From Camelus ferus (lineage: Eukaryota): a stretch of 64,000 nucleotides of DNA. The notes beneath the pieces are model-generated. The model did not search any database. It worked only from the letters and a program-made list of their open reading frames with translations, and had not been told where the DNA came from. The stretch spans positions 12,898,001 to 12,962,000 of the forward strand of contig NC_045698.1 in the NCBI RefSeq assembly GCF_009834535.1. The letters are read 5' to 3'. Of this stretch, positions 51,707 through 64,000 are shown one piece after another. Numbering within the stretch: the stretch's first letter is position 1; each line of letters starts with the position of its first letter. A program made the translations under genes and the position numbers.

Positions 51707-52045
51707 TGCTGTGATCTCAATGTTTGTGTCTTCTCCAAATAGTTTAAGATCCTAACCTACCTAAGATGAAGCTATTTGGAAGCCTTTGGGGGTGATTAGA
51801 TGTGACGGTGGTCTCATACGTGGGATTAGCTCTCTTCTAACAGAGATCCCACACCGCTCCCTAGTCCCTTCTGCCATGTGAGAACACAAAGACAAGTGTG
51901 CCATGTGGAAGAGGGCCCTCACTCAGCCAGGCTGGCACCCTGATCTCAGACTTCCAGCCTCCAGAACTGTGAGAAATTGATTTCTATTTTTATAAGCCAC
52001 CCTGTCTATGGCATTTTGTCACAGCAGCACAAAGAGGCTAAGACA
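51707..52045 (+). mobile_element. MLT1A-type solo LTR
   Basis: TGCTGTGATCTCAATGTTTGTGTC ... GCTGGCACCCTGATCTCAGACTTCCAGCCTCCAGAACTGTGAGAAAT ... CTAAGACA. Confidence 0.9.
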
Positions 52046-53199
52046 ATAACTATTATCTTTTTTCCCTAAAGGTTTTGTTGTTGTTGTTATTATTTGTTAG
52101 ACTAAATTCATGAAGCTTATGGCTTTTATTGTTCATCTTATTGATATTATATTTTTAATTACATTATCAAAATATTTTTGGCTGTGTATGGGAATGTTAC
52201 TGACTTTGTACATTGATCTCTCTCAGGTACACTTTCTAAATTCTTTTACTATTAACAGATTCTCTTCAATATTCTGCATAGACAAAAATAGTAATTGTGG
52301 ATATTTATAATTTTGTTTCTTTCAAGCCTTTATGCTTTTATCTATTTGTCTTGTCTTACTGTACTACCTCAAACTCATAAGATTAGGAAGAGGAAGGATG
52401 ATGATTGTCATTCTTGTTTTCTTTATTCTTAAGTTTCATAAAAAATTTTGACATGTGTGTTTGATATACTCCCTTTGTCAAATTTAAAATTTTCCTCATA
52501 TTCTTATTTTACTCAGAGTTTGAAATTATGTCTGTGTAATTGATTTTATCATATTCTTTATGATTATTGTATCTGATTCATTTTTATTTTTGTATTTCTC
52601 TTTTAATTGATCAAGATTATAAATTACATTAATGTTTTACTAATGCAAAAATATTCTTTCACTCCTGTGATTAAACAAACATTTAAAAACCCAATTAAAA
52701 ATGCATTGCTGAATTTAATTTGCTCATATTTTATTAATGGATAATGTCTTTGCTCATAAGTGAAATTGGCTGAAATTTTCTCGTAGCATCTTTGGTTTGA
52801 ATGCTTCATTAAATTAATTAAAGAAATAAAGACACTCTTTTTCTGTATCCAGGAATAGTTTGCACATAAATTAAATACTAACATTTTTGTGAACATTTTA
52901 TAGAACATATCTTTTGAATTGAATCTTTATACTTTTGAATTGCTTAATATTTCTATTTCCTTAATGGTTTTAAATGCATTGACATTTTCTGTTTCTTCTT
53001 GAATCAATTTTGATTTTTCTAGGAACTTATCAATTTCTTATAAGCTTTCATTATGTATGAAATACTGACCTAGATTTCTTTTCAATTTTATTTTTTGTGC
53101 TTTTTCCTGTTATTTTCTTAAGCCTCTTACATTGTATGTCTCTTATTTTTTCACATTTCTTTAATGTTTTCTGTATTCTTTTAAAGATTTTTTAATGTC

Positions 53200-53770
53200 T
53201 CATGGTGTCAACTACAACCTTATCCCTAAGGAATTTCAATCCTGATCACATGTCCTCCTGAGGCTGTGGTTACTGTACCTGTTCATTTACAGTCACAGTT
53301 AAATAAGGCTGTTTAAAGCAAGTCACCTGGTTCTAAATGTTTTCCTCCCTGCCTCCATCGAATATAGTCTCCTCCCAGTGATGAAGATTAGTTGGCCCTG
53401 GCAAGGTAACAACTCCTTTCTTGCCTGCTGGTCCCTGAACATAAGGAGCTTAAGATGCCCAGGTGGCAGCTATAGTTTTTAATAAATGGGACTTTTGTTG
53501 TATATCTCTGTCCCATACAGTAACAGGATCCAAGCACTGTGTGACTGGGAAGCACACATTCCTTCAGCAATGGTAAGTGTGCACAGATGGTGAGTGTGGC
53601 CACTCTTACATATACCCATTGGTTTGTGGACTTGTGAATTCTTCCTCTTGAGGAGACAATGCCATACAGAGATTTCTGACTGAGTGCACATAGTCCTTCC
53701 TGAAGAATGGTGCCCTATCCTTATAAAGTATTGCCTTCTGCTGGCATATCAGCTGCCAACTGGACTACCA
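53200..53770 (-). mobile_element. ERVL (class III) internal fragment: integrase C-terminus and dUTPase-like region, pseudogenised
   Basis: Minus-strand translation gives GNTL*G*GTILQEGLCALSQKSLYGIVSSRGRIHKSTNQWVYVRVATLTI ... ECVLPSHTVLGS ... LPPGHLKLLMFRDQQARK ... GGREE. This resembles ERVL pol motifs (ALNQRPLYG, LPPGHFGLL, DQQA, HNGGREE). Confidence 0.8.
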
Positions 53771-54200
53771 AGTGGCTGGTTGGTCTCCTTGAAGTATGGC
53801 GCTATAATAACAGGGGCTCAGCTTTGGTCTCTGTGACTGGCAGGTTGGTTTTTCAGCAGGGACAGTACAGGATCAGCTTTAGTAAGTTCAAGTCCATGGT
53901 GTTTTTTCAGTAAATTCCAAACTGGCCATTCCCTCTCCAAGTCATCCCCATGCAGCCAAAGTATACATAATCTCATATTTGGAGTTTTGAGGTTCATTAA
54001 AGATTTTCAGCATTTCTAGGAAATTACTGGAGAAATTATCGTATTATATCCATTTCATTTTAATCGAATAATCTGATTTTATTAGATGAGCATTGCATTT
54101 TAATAAGAACAAAAAGCTTTTAAACACAGCACAGAATGGAAATAATTTTGCATTGTAGTTTGCTACAAACCCTGACAGAGTAAGGCAGTATTCTACAGAA

Positions 54201-54374
54201 CAGTGGTCCTTACATGTCTGTTGCATCCAAATCACCAGCAAGGCTTATTAAATTACAGATGCCTGGGGCCCATCCTGTTTCTGATTTAGCAGGTGTGGAG
54301 TTGGGCTGAGATTTGCATTTCTAGTAAGTTCCCAGTGATGCTAATTCTGCTGGTCCACACTTTAAGAACCACTG
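54201..54374. mobile_element. MER5A (hAT-Charlie) DNA transposon
   Basis: TIRs CAGTGGT...ACCACTG. Internal GATTTGCATTTCTAGTAAGTTCCCAGTGATGCT...GGTCCACACTTTAAGAACC. Confidence 0.88.
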
Positions 54375-56404
54375 CATAGGAGATACTGCTTATCTGGCTT
54401 ACATTTTCTACTCTGGGTTCTTTTATTCAGTGAGTAGACATTCTATTTTCTCTACATGTCATTTTTAAGGGTTCACTAGCAAAGACATTTCAGACAACAA
54501 ATCATTTTTGGTGTGATTTGATTCCTCTTCTTCTTTCCCTAATTCTTATTTTTTCGGTAGTTCAGGTTCTGCTAGTCCTTTCATATCCTGCTCCATTGTT
54601 AGTCCATGAAGCAAGGGCTACTGTGTGCCATTGTGTCTGAACTGGCTAGGCACCATTAAATCTCCCTCCCAGCAGTGGCTCCCTAGAAGCCTGATGAAGC
54701 TCTGCCTGCTTTTCTGTTTCAACACCTCAGGGGACACCTTCAAATGCTTTCTCTTCTCAATCCTCCAAAGCTCCATGATTTTTGTGCCATTGCTTAGAAA
54801 CCGGGGTTTGCTTTTTGGTCTCCCTTTCATTTGAACCATATTTCTTTTGTTTATCAAACCACAGATGTGCACAAACCACAAAAGCAACCAGCTCTGTCTC
54901 CCAGTCTAAGATAAAAGTTTTCTCTCAACATCTAACGTGACTGAGCAGAGCATACAGGCGTCTTATTAAGGCTCTCACAGCTGTGTTCAGATCTTTTTTG
55001 CACTCGTTCAATGTCTACTATAAATACTGAATCTTCAAAAATAAACTCCCAAGGAAATTCTCCAAAGTGTCTCAATAGCCTACTTCTGAAGACATAAAAC
55101 CTGGAAATAGCTTCTATCTCTCTTATTTTTTTTGGATTGGCAGCTTTCTGCCTCTCCCCTACACACTTTTTAGGTGCCTGCCAAGCTGTCCAGTGGGACT
55201 GTTTTGTTACTGATGATTCTTTGGTAGCGAGGACAAGACAGTAACTCCTGTCAGAAGTGAACCCGGAGCTTTTAAGGAGCAGAAATATTGGGATGACAAC
55301 TTGCAAAGATCCTCTGGGCTACCCCAGCTCAAGGGTATCACTATTTAATCAATTTATGTCCAACTTTATGTACACTATATATATCCATTGTCCTATATAA
55401 TATTCACACTAATGAACAGAAAACATATGCTATCATACCTTACTTAGCTTTTGATTTTATAAGCATGCATTCCTTACCATCTTCATTTTATTTTTTTAAT
55501 GGTTTACAATATAATTAATAACCTAAATCAGAAACATTGAAACTTGGATCTGAAACAAACCATTTTTTATTTGCTGTCCTTTAGGTAATCTCAGTCCTCA
55601 AGATTTAACATTTATTGTATCCATTCTCCTAACACATTCTGTTTATACTTTATGCAAATTGTAAGATCATAAAGCATTCCATGGAGATGTTAGTTATGCA
55701 TGCTTTATGACACTATTAATTCATCTTTGCACGTTTAAAATGGCACATTGGCAAAAAATTGATTAAGCACTCTATATTTTATAAACTGAAACTAATTGTT
55801 TAACTAGATGGATTAGTTAGAATCAGTGAGACTTGTGGGAGCACATGTTGAATTGTTTTCATGCCTTTCTAATTTCATTATAAAAAATTTCTGCAAATGA
55901 ATGGCTTTAAGTAGAGCGCATCTCGATTTATAGGCAATGGGAGTATGTCTAGTTTCTCCAAATATATGTTCAAACTAATAAAAAAAAGACTAATGGACAC
56001 ATTATTGCACTTTTATGGTACATATTTTTGCAAGCCACATTAAAATAAAACTAGTTCAGGGATTTGCAAATTATTCAAAATTTTATCTAAAAGATTTGCT
56101 CTAACTATACTCACTATGAAAGTTTGACCTTTTCTCCCCCTATCTCTTGTGACCGTAGCTCAGGGAAGAAATAATGAATTTCACTTAGTCACTTACATTG
56201 CTATTATGCAGGTTTTAATGGTGCTCACAGATGCATCCGCTTTGAATTTTGCAGCAATGAAATCCGTCATGGTTGTCTCCATGAGAATAAAATTTTTGCT
56301 TTTGCTAAGTTTTCTCAGTAATACTTCTGCCAAGTTTAATTATCTTGAACTTGATTATTCTTACATGCGAAGTCTCAACATTGATTAGACTCAGCTTAAA
56401 CCTT

Positions 56405-56624
56405 GCAAGATTTTTACCTCTTTCCAAAACATCCATTAGATCTTTGGTCCATAAGACTTTGGCCCAGGCCAAGAGGTTCCTGAAATTTGGTCCTATCTAA
56501 GATGTTCATGAGCATATCTGGTCTATGCCAAATGGTTTTGAACAAGACCAAATATCAAGGATCTTTTGGTGTGGACCAAATGTCTTAAAAACGTTTTGGA
56601 CAAGACCTAATGTCTGCTAATCAA
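56405..56624. repeat. Degenerate inverted array of ~28/30-bp subunits (fold-back element)
   Basis: TTTGGTCC-like units at 56443, 56458, 56486 and 56517; complementary GGACCAAA-like units at 56545, 56573 and 56603. Confidence 0.7.
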
Positions 56625-56769
56625 ATTGAAACATACGACTGGTTTTAATAAACATGGTCCAGATACTTATGATCTATTCCTGCTCACAAGGAAATAGATA
56701 TATTTTAAATCTTTTCTGATGTCAGTTATTCCAAACTCTGTTTGCCAAACTCCTGGCATTTTCAATTTT

Positions 56770-57010
56770 ATGTATTGTTTGTATCATTTAGTGTAAAGAC
56801 CAAGCTACAGTAATAAGAAGACCACAATGTATATAGCATCTCAAATAAGGCAGGTGATTACTTTTCTCTTATGAAATAGTTCCAACCAAGGTAAGTGGGC
56901 CAGGGTGGGGAGGCAGTTGCATTCTATGTGATTATTCAGAAATCGGGGCTCCTTCTCTCCTGCTGCTCTTCCATCCCTTAGGGTCTTGCCTCTTCCAAGT
57001 TCTGGATTGC
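56770..57010 (-). mobile_element. Old MLT1-type LTR fragment
   Basis: GGCCAGGGTGGGGAGGCAG...ATTCAGAAATCGGGGCTCCTTCTCTCCTGCTGCTCTTCCATCCCTTAGGG. Confidence 0.55.
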
Positions 57011-57708
57011 AGGAGAACAAACTGTGAAATGGGAAGCGAGCGATTTCTTAAGGAGAATGAATTTGGGGGCAGTAATTGTCAGCCTCCTGTTTTCCCTTTT
57101 GAGGAATAGCAAGTTGATTTTACTATGTCTAGTTATAATCCTTATTCTCTATTCAAAATCATATTAAAATATATAGTCTTCAAAATTGTTTTGTGATTGA
57201 AATGTATACATGAGTAGTTGACATATAAAATTGCACGCTGGTATAAAATATCCACTTTATGAGCGTATCTAATAAGAAAGCTATGGTACCCACATTCAAA
57301 CCTTTCGGTCTATAACCCCATGGGATTAACATTTCCACCTAACTTGACCATCTTTAAATGTTTATGTCCTTTAGGGGGTTACAGGAACCTTTTAACATTA
57401 TTGAACTTTAAAATATGGTATTTAGATTCCTGCCACGATGTCTCTGTAGCTTTCCTCATAAATATGTAAAATATAATTGTGACCTCACAAATACATTTGT
57501 TGATTTATAGCATTTATATTTTTACTATAAAATGTGGCATTAAAAATGAACATTAAACCAAACATTAAATATCATTGGCATTAAGTTTGAAGGAGATTTA
57601 AAATTATGAAATATAACTTGATATTAAAATCATGATACAGAATTGTGTTTTTAAATGAATAAGCACTAAGAAAACCTTTTTAAAAAATGATCACTATCTC
57701 AGGAAGGC

Positions 57709-57792
57709 TATATGTGTGTGTGTATGTGTGTGTATGTATATATGTATATATGTATGTATACATACACACATATACATTGATATATATACACA
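57709..57792. repeat. Compound (TG)/(TATG)/(TA) microsatellite
   Basis: Direct reading. Confidence 0.85.
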
Positions 57793-58538
57793 TTTTTTTC
57801 TATTTCCCTCTATAATGGGCTATATGATATGCCATTTAAAAAAACTGAATGGATAAATGTAAGAGCAGCAGTGGTATTTTTTTCCTAGATAATTCTGTCT
57901 ACTGGATTTTCAGCTTGGACATTTTCCCATCTTTAATTGTGGAAATATTTTTCACTATAGGTAAGCTTTTAAGCTATAAATAAATTTGCATTAATATGAA
58001 TTGGGATCTCTCATGGCTCTAATATTTGAAGTTATTTTAATGTTACAATTTGTTTTATAAGGCTATTTGTTTTAGTCAAATATCCAGATATGAGAAAATT
58101 GTTTTATAATTTATAACTTGATTCAAATTTTTTGGATTTTATTTAGCAACTTCTTTATCATTCTCCCAGTTAATAATCCAGCATGCTATAATGGAAATTG
58201 ATTTCTCCTAGGAATTAGAAAACTTGACATGGAATTCCAGCTCTGTGACTGACTTTGTTCTGAGATCTTGAATAAGACATTAACATTTTCTGTCTCAATT
58301 TTTTAATCTTAGTATAAGGGCATCAGAAACTCCTAATTCCATTTTAAAATTGTATAAATCACTTTTAAGAGACTTTTATAACTCACACTGTTATATTCAT
58401 TAGATAAAAAGATGATTTAGATACAATCTTGCCTCAAGAGCCATCTTGCCTTGTAGATTAAAATGGTCAGTATCAAAATGCCCACCTAATGGTACTGGTC
58501 TAAATAAGCAAAAGTTAACCTATGTTAAAGCTATTCTG

Positions 58539-58711
58539 CAACAAGGACCTACTGTATAGCACCAGGGACTATATTGAATTTCTTGTAACGAGCTGTAATG
58601 GAGAAAAATCTGAAAAAAATATGTATACACGTATAATTGAGTTGCTTTGCTGTACACAAGAAATTAACATTGTAAATAGATTATACTTCAATAAAAATAA
58701 GAATTAAAAAA
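58539..58711 (+). mobile_element. Short L1 3' end with TSD
   Basis: CAACAAGGACCTACTGTATAGCACCAGGGACTATATT ... TATACTTCAATAAAAA. TATTCTG flanks at 58532-58538 and 58712-58718. Confidence 0.85.
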
Positions 58712-59379
58712 TATTCTGGTGAAATCTTTGCATTTCATAATTCAGGTAGAACACTATTCCTAAGTAAACAAATGAAAATGACCTCATATGTTTTCTGTCA
58801 TAACACTAACGTATCAAACTACAGCAAAATGCCTAGAACAATTTGAGAAGAAAAATCCTTGATGAAGGAATTGTACAGAAAACTATGAAGACTGCATATG
58901 GAAACCAAAAAAAGGTTTGCTTTCTGATTTGTAAAGTTGATACTGCATATCATTCATATTTCCTACCTCTCAAAATTATGATTGAGATCTACCAAGTGTG
59001 CAAATGAAACAGAAACTCAAGAATGAGGAAACAGTGCTTCAAGGAAGTCACAACATATATCTTGTTTGACCTAAGTAATAAGAACTGTCATTTCAAAATG
59101 GTAATTGAATGGAAACATTATACATGATTCTCAAATTACTTAGCAAAATAATTTTAAAAGTAATAAGAATGTGTGATGTATAATAACCATATGTAATATT
59201 ATATGTTATAATATAATAACACACAATGTAGATGGCATTGGTAATGAAAAATGACTGGGGGTAGATTAGAATAATACAAAATCTTGTTAAATCTTCTCCT
59301 TTTTAGGGACATTCAATAGGTACATTTTTAATATTTCACAATAAACTCATGCACCTAAAACTAAAATTAGATATTATAT

Positions 59380-59890
59380 TGTATCAGAATAATTGTATTA
59401 TACCAGAAGCCAGAGAGTAAACAGGGGGCACCTCTAAAGTGTTACTTAATGAAAATATATTTGCAATGGTTTGGACAGGATTAATGGGAACCACTGAAGA
59501 TTGTTTGAATGATTAACAGGAAACATCAAAGTGCAGCACTCCAGGGCCTGCAGCAGCAGACTAACTACCCCCTCTGAAGGCCTGAAGAAGCCATGGAAAG
59601 AACTGATCCTCACCCGGCTCACTCTGGTAGCTGTAGATGAGCATCTGTAGCCTGCAGTGAAGGGAACTGTCTCTGGCAAACCATGGTGCATTATGCGAGG
59701 AACCCAGCAAAGAAGTACCCCAAATTTCTCTCTCCTACCTGCCCTCTGATTTGCTGCTGGTGCCTCCCATTGGCCAAACTCAACTAGATCCTGGGAGTGT
59801 TGTGGTCCAGGGGATGCAATTCCAAAGTACAATCTCTTGGGGCAGAATGTCGGGTGAAATAGGACTGGGGTACATCCAAAGGGGCACTGA
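59380..59890. mobile_element. Old ERVL/MaLR-type LTR
   Basis: CTGCTGGTGCCTCCCATTGGCCAAACTCAACTAGA...GATGCAATTCCA motif. Confidence 0.55.
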
Positions 59891-62274
59891 CACTAATGGA
59901 GTGAAACACAATGAAGGATTTAAAAACCAGTGGAAGAGGTAAATAAATAAGCCTCATTCTATGTAAATATTAAAAAAAAAACAACAAGGGCACAAAAAGG
60001 GGAGGCCATTTCTGTTAGGGTAACTGGTTTTGTTTGCTCTCAGTTTTCAGGTACAATAGTGGGAAACTGGTTGCTCAAGATAATGTTTTTGCTGGTCATC
60101 CTAAGACCTGCCCTTCAGTCAACATGACTCACAAGTAACTCAGATAAAGGAGACTGGGGATAGAGACCTGTACATAATATATTATAAAACAGATACCAAA
60201 TCTATAAATTAAAAAAAAAATCTGGGATTAAGTCCTCTGTCTTTACATTTTGTGCCCACACAAGGGCTTTTGGACTCTCATTTAGAAATCCATTGCTAAA
60301 ACCAGAATGAAAGCAGGTAACCACTCAGATGTTTGGAGTATCTAAGTGCAAAATTTAGGCTTGTGTAAACTGGGATTTACAGTGTCCTTCATTATGGGGC
60401 AACTTTGAGCTATTGATCATCTGGATTCATTTACACTGTTAAGTAGAAACATTTTAGGGATGTTACATGAGGTAGATGGCTAGACTGAAATAAAAGAAGA
60501 CAAAAGTAAAAGACAATAAAGCTCTACCAAATGTAAAACAAAGGAGCAATAGAATTGCCATATCATCATGTCCTGTTTAAAAACAAGGCGATATTATAAC
60601 TGGGTAAATATGTGTAATTTCCATGATCCAAATTTTTATGTTTCCAAGAGCTCATAGAAATAAAAAAGAAAAGCTAAAATGTCCTCCACCTTCTAAAGAG
60701 GACAAAGAACATAAAACTAAAATTTGCGAAAGAAACACTACCAAACAATAAACTTGCAAGAGTATTCAACTGTAATGGCAGCAGAAAATGAAATCAAAAG
60801 GATAATGACTATTTTTTCCCTTTAAACTCTCAAATCATTAATGATAGGTAGTATTTTACTAATTATCTGTAAAGACAACAAAAGTTGCTTTCTCGGTGAT
60901 AATCAAGGTATAATTTTATCATTGCTTGAAAGTAATTTCTCAACACATGCATTATGAAATTTAACATCATTTGGACAAGTAATTTTAGATGATAATTACT
61001 GTTTTAGGAAGTGCATTGAGAATACAAACTACAACAAACATTTTTATGCTAAGATGTTCATCATAGTGTTATATATATGTCAGTTACACACTCAATATAA
61101 CTGGATCCCTAGAAATAGGGTATGTAAATTATATAAGAAAATTTGCTGTATCTTTAAAAATGTTAGTTTTATAAATTTCAAAACTGTGAGAAAATGGTCG
61201 TGACAGTGTTTTAATGTGGGACATAAACTTATGTAAAGAAAATTTAATTATATACTTAAGTACCTCATATATAAATGCACTTACATGTATATGCATATGT
61301 ACACATATATAATACTGTATATTCACACATTTGTATGCATGTTTATATATATAGTATATATATATACGTTTATCTGCATAATACAGCTTTGCATAATAAA
61401 TACTAAGAATTATATAAAAATTCTAGTGCTGAATTTATTTGAAGGGAATAAAACATTGCAAATGATATTCTATCATTCTGCCAGTTTCAGCCTAGACAGC
61501 TACAAAGTTACTTTCTTCCTTCTTCAAGATTTCTGAGACATAATATTTATGCTCTGTAAGTATGTTAAGCAAAATAAGGTAAATTCGTATATATTCGAAC
61601 AGATAAAGTATCCTCATCTACATGCTTGCTGTAGCTTAAAGAAATCTCTAATTCTGCTATTGCCAAGAATTTGCATGTATAAGTTTTGTGGCAATGAAAA
61701 ATAACTTTTACATGTTATAAGTTAACTTTTTAGGAGCTATTCTAGGATTAACAAAGGACTAGATTTTTTTCTTCTTAGATAAGAAAATATATATTTCTGA
61801 AGATGCAGGCTGCATTAGTAAACACTCATAATTCAACTATGTGACACTTGGTTTATAAAAGGAACGAGAAAAAATATGTGGGATTCAATCAAGTTTGCAT
61901 ATGCTGCTGTCTAGATAGTGTGGATGCTTGAATGCCAAATATAGATTAGAAGATATAAATAGGATTTTTTTCTTCTGATAACAACATACTTCTGAAACTT
62001 GGTATCTAGAGGAGAAATATATACAAATCCTCTGGAACTGTTTAGAGTCAAGGGATTGAAATTATTCTCTTCTGGAGAAACATATTTTGACAGATTATAT
62101 TAAATGACTTTCCAAAATGTCCAGGGATCAGATTAATCTATATATTCTACAGCTGTTATTAGATGAGAAGGTGGGGGGGGGCATTGTTATTTGTAAATTT
62201 GGAAAATGTTAGGTTAAACAAAGACTTAATTCTTTTTTTAAACTGTGAGGCTTCTCAGTGCTTTAAGCATAAAA

Positions 62275-62500
62275 AATAATAGCTAATATTATTGAGTGCT
62301 TGCTCTGGGTCAGGTCACCATGATAAAATCCACATACGATCATCACAACAGTCTTGTGAGGTATATTATTATCCCCGTTAGGGGGCTAAAGATATTTAGA
62401 CTTAGGTTAAATAATTTGTCGGATTTATACAGACAGTAAATGCTGAAGAAGTTATACGGACCAAAGCAGAACAGAGCAGAAGTCTGGACTCTGAACTGTT
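62275..62500 (-). mobile_element. MIR SINE
   Basis: AATAATAGCTAATATTATTGAGTGCTTGCTCTGGGTCAGG ... GTGAGGTATATTATTATCCCC ... GGTTAAATAATTTG. Confidence 0.75.
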
Positions 62501-64000
62501 AGAAAATAAATACCACCTCTCCTCATTAGCCAATGACCACTGATGGTCTCCAATAATAGAACATAGTGTACTGTGCTTCTCAAGTTTACTGGATCTCAAA
62601 CTTTATACTTTTTCCAAATTATCCCAGAATCGTTCTGGGTTACACAATTCATTTTGTAAGTATTCAAGTTTTATGCCTTACCTAAAATCTCTTGCTACAT
62701 TACTAAACCTTCTTTGTTTTAAATAAGTTCTTTTTGTTGTCATTGTTGAAAATTAGAGAGTGACATGGCATGGAAAAAAAATCTGAAGGTGGGACATGGG
62801 AAAATTAGATACAGAAGGAAAAATGTATTGGATAGAGGATAGAATATCAATGATGAGCTTTGTTAGCCATTTAAATAAGAGTGAGCTCTTCCTTATCACT
62901 GTTATTAAAAATCATTATTTAAAAATATCTACTTTTCATAGTTTGCTACTTAGCTAAGTATTTGGGCCCTGAAGCAATTCATTGAAGAAAACCTTTTTCA
63001 AAAGTTCAAATAAACAGAAATAAAGTCTGAAGATGATCCCCTGCTGTTTTTTCATTTTTTTTCCCCTGAAAATCATAAATTAACAGGAGGACTACAGAGG
63101 GTTCTGAGTAAACTCCAGCATGGTTTATGAATAAAATGAAGAAAATATCTTCCTTGGCCTATTTAAAACATGTATTTTCAAACTTTTTCTTTATTCCTAC
63201 ATCTTTCTCAATCAAGGAGTTAGTAGAACTCAGTGGGAGCAGTAGGTTGATAAAATTTAATATCACTTTTGCATAAACTAGAGCTGTTTCTCACTTGAAC
63301 CTGAGAACAAGGTGAATCGAGTTCATTATAAAAGACCACATAAAAAGACACGAAATTACTTATTTTGACCCATTGTAGTAGCAGAGCAGAGGGTATCTGT
63401 TCCTCATGTACATTTATTTATCTTCAGAATGAATTACTGATGGTGACCAGTGTAGCAAAAATCTAGTCCATCTTCCAGAAACCATCTCCTTTTGCCCAAA
63501 TTTTGCAAGGAGGTGAATTAGGTCACTCTGCAAGACTTAGTCTTGCTTTAAAATAAACAGCTGACTTTCATCTAATGACATTCCTTGTGCTGGGAGCTGT
63601 CAAACTAAGACAACTACATCTATGATATAGTGGATTTTGAGGAATGAGTCCTCAAAATGTCCTCCCTCTTGACATGGTTGCAAGCATCCTTTCTGGTAGG
63701 GTTTTAGGGTCCCGAGGATAACTCAGATGTCAGCACTTCTCCATGTTTCAGCCAGTACCTGCAATAACTTGGAGAGAGGCCAACCCTGGATCACTAGCTA
63801 ACTAAAGAAAAGTCTTAGAAAGTGAATGTCTCTGGAGAAGTAATTCCCATGTGCATAATGAAATTCCTTATATCCCAGTTTTTATTTGAATATGGGAGAG
63901 TGAGAAGCCCATAGAGATAGATGGAACAAAACAAGGGAGCTAGGAAATATGTTTTGGCCTAAAGTAGGCACGATTTAGTGATGTAAAGATGGTAAGGTTT

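Larger units (their letters stand above)
49960..53190 (-). mobile_element. Old L1 (L1M) antisense, interrupted by two MLT1 LTRs
   Basis: CTAGGACAGATACCTAGAAGTTGAATCTGTGGGTC and T-rich ORF2-like tracts at 50900-51700 and 52050-53190. Confidence 0.6.

Noticed and set aside
53521..53572. + strand exon-like segment with GTAAGT donor
   Set aside because: Lies within the antisense of the ERVL pol remnant; likely a chance splice signal.
56443..56610. CRISPR-like spaced repeats
   Set aside because: Mammalian context, degenerate cores, spacers similar to each other, orientation inverts mid-array, no cas genes.

Overview
AT-rich mammalian non-coding DNA (intergenic or deep intronic), most likely from a camelid. 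The inference rests on four copies of a tRNA-Ala-derived SINE resembling the camelid vic-1 family, plus cetartiodactyl-type L1 3' ends. I recognise no host protein-coding gene, RNA gene or CRISPR array. The only ORFs with recognisable homology are L1 ORF2 C-terminal remnants and a decayed ERVL integrase/dUTPase-like fragment. Much of the window is interspersed repeats: L1 of several ages, L2, MIR, MLT1/MLT2 LTRs, a MER41-like ERV1 LTR with internal sequence, MER20 and MER5A. Repeat names come from recall of consensus sequences, not from a search, and boundaries are approximate unless a TSD is given. The most interesting observations are: (1) a probable L1 3' transduction at 29314-29684; (2) a fold-back element built from ~28/30-bp subunits at ~56405-56624; (3) a repeat-poor, CpG-enriched block at ~26.4-27.8 kb with a near-perfect RFX X-box; (4) a composite L1/L2 insert inside an MLT1 LTR; (5) an L1 and a SINE inserted at the same target site; (6) several unverified exon-like segments. 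I found no convincing evidence of a wholly new biological system.
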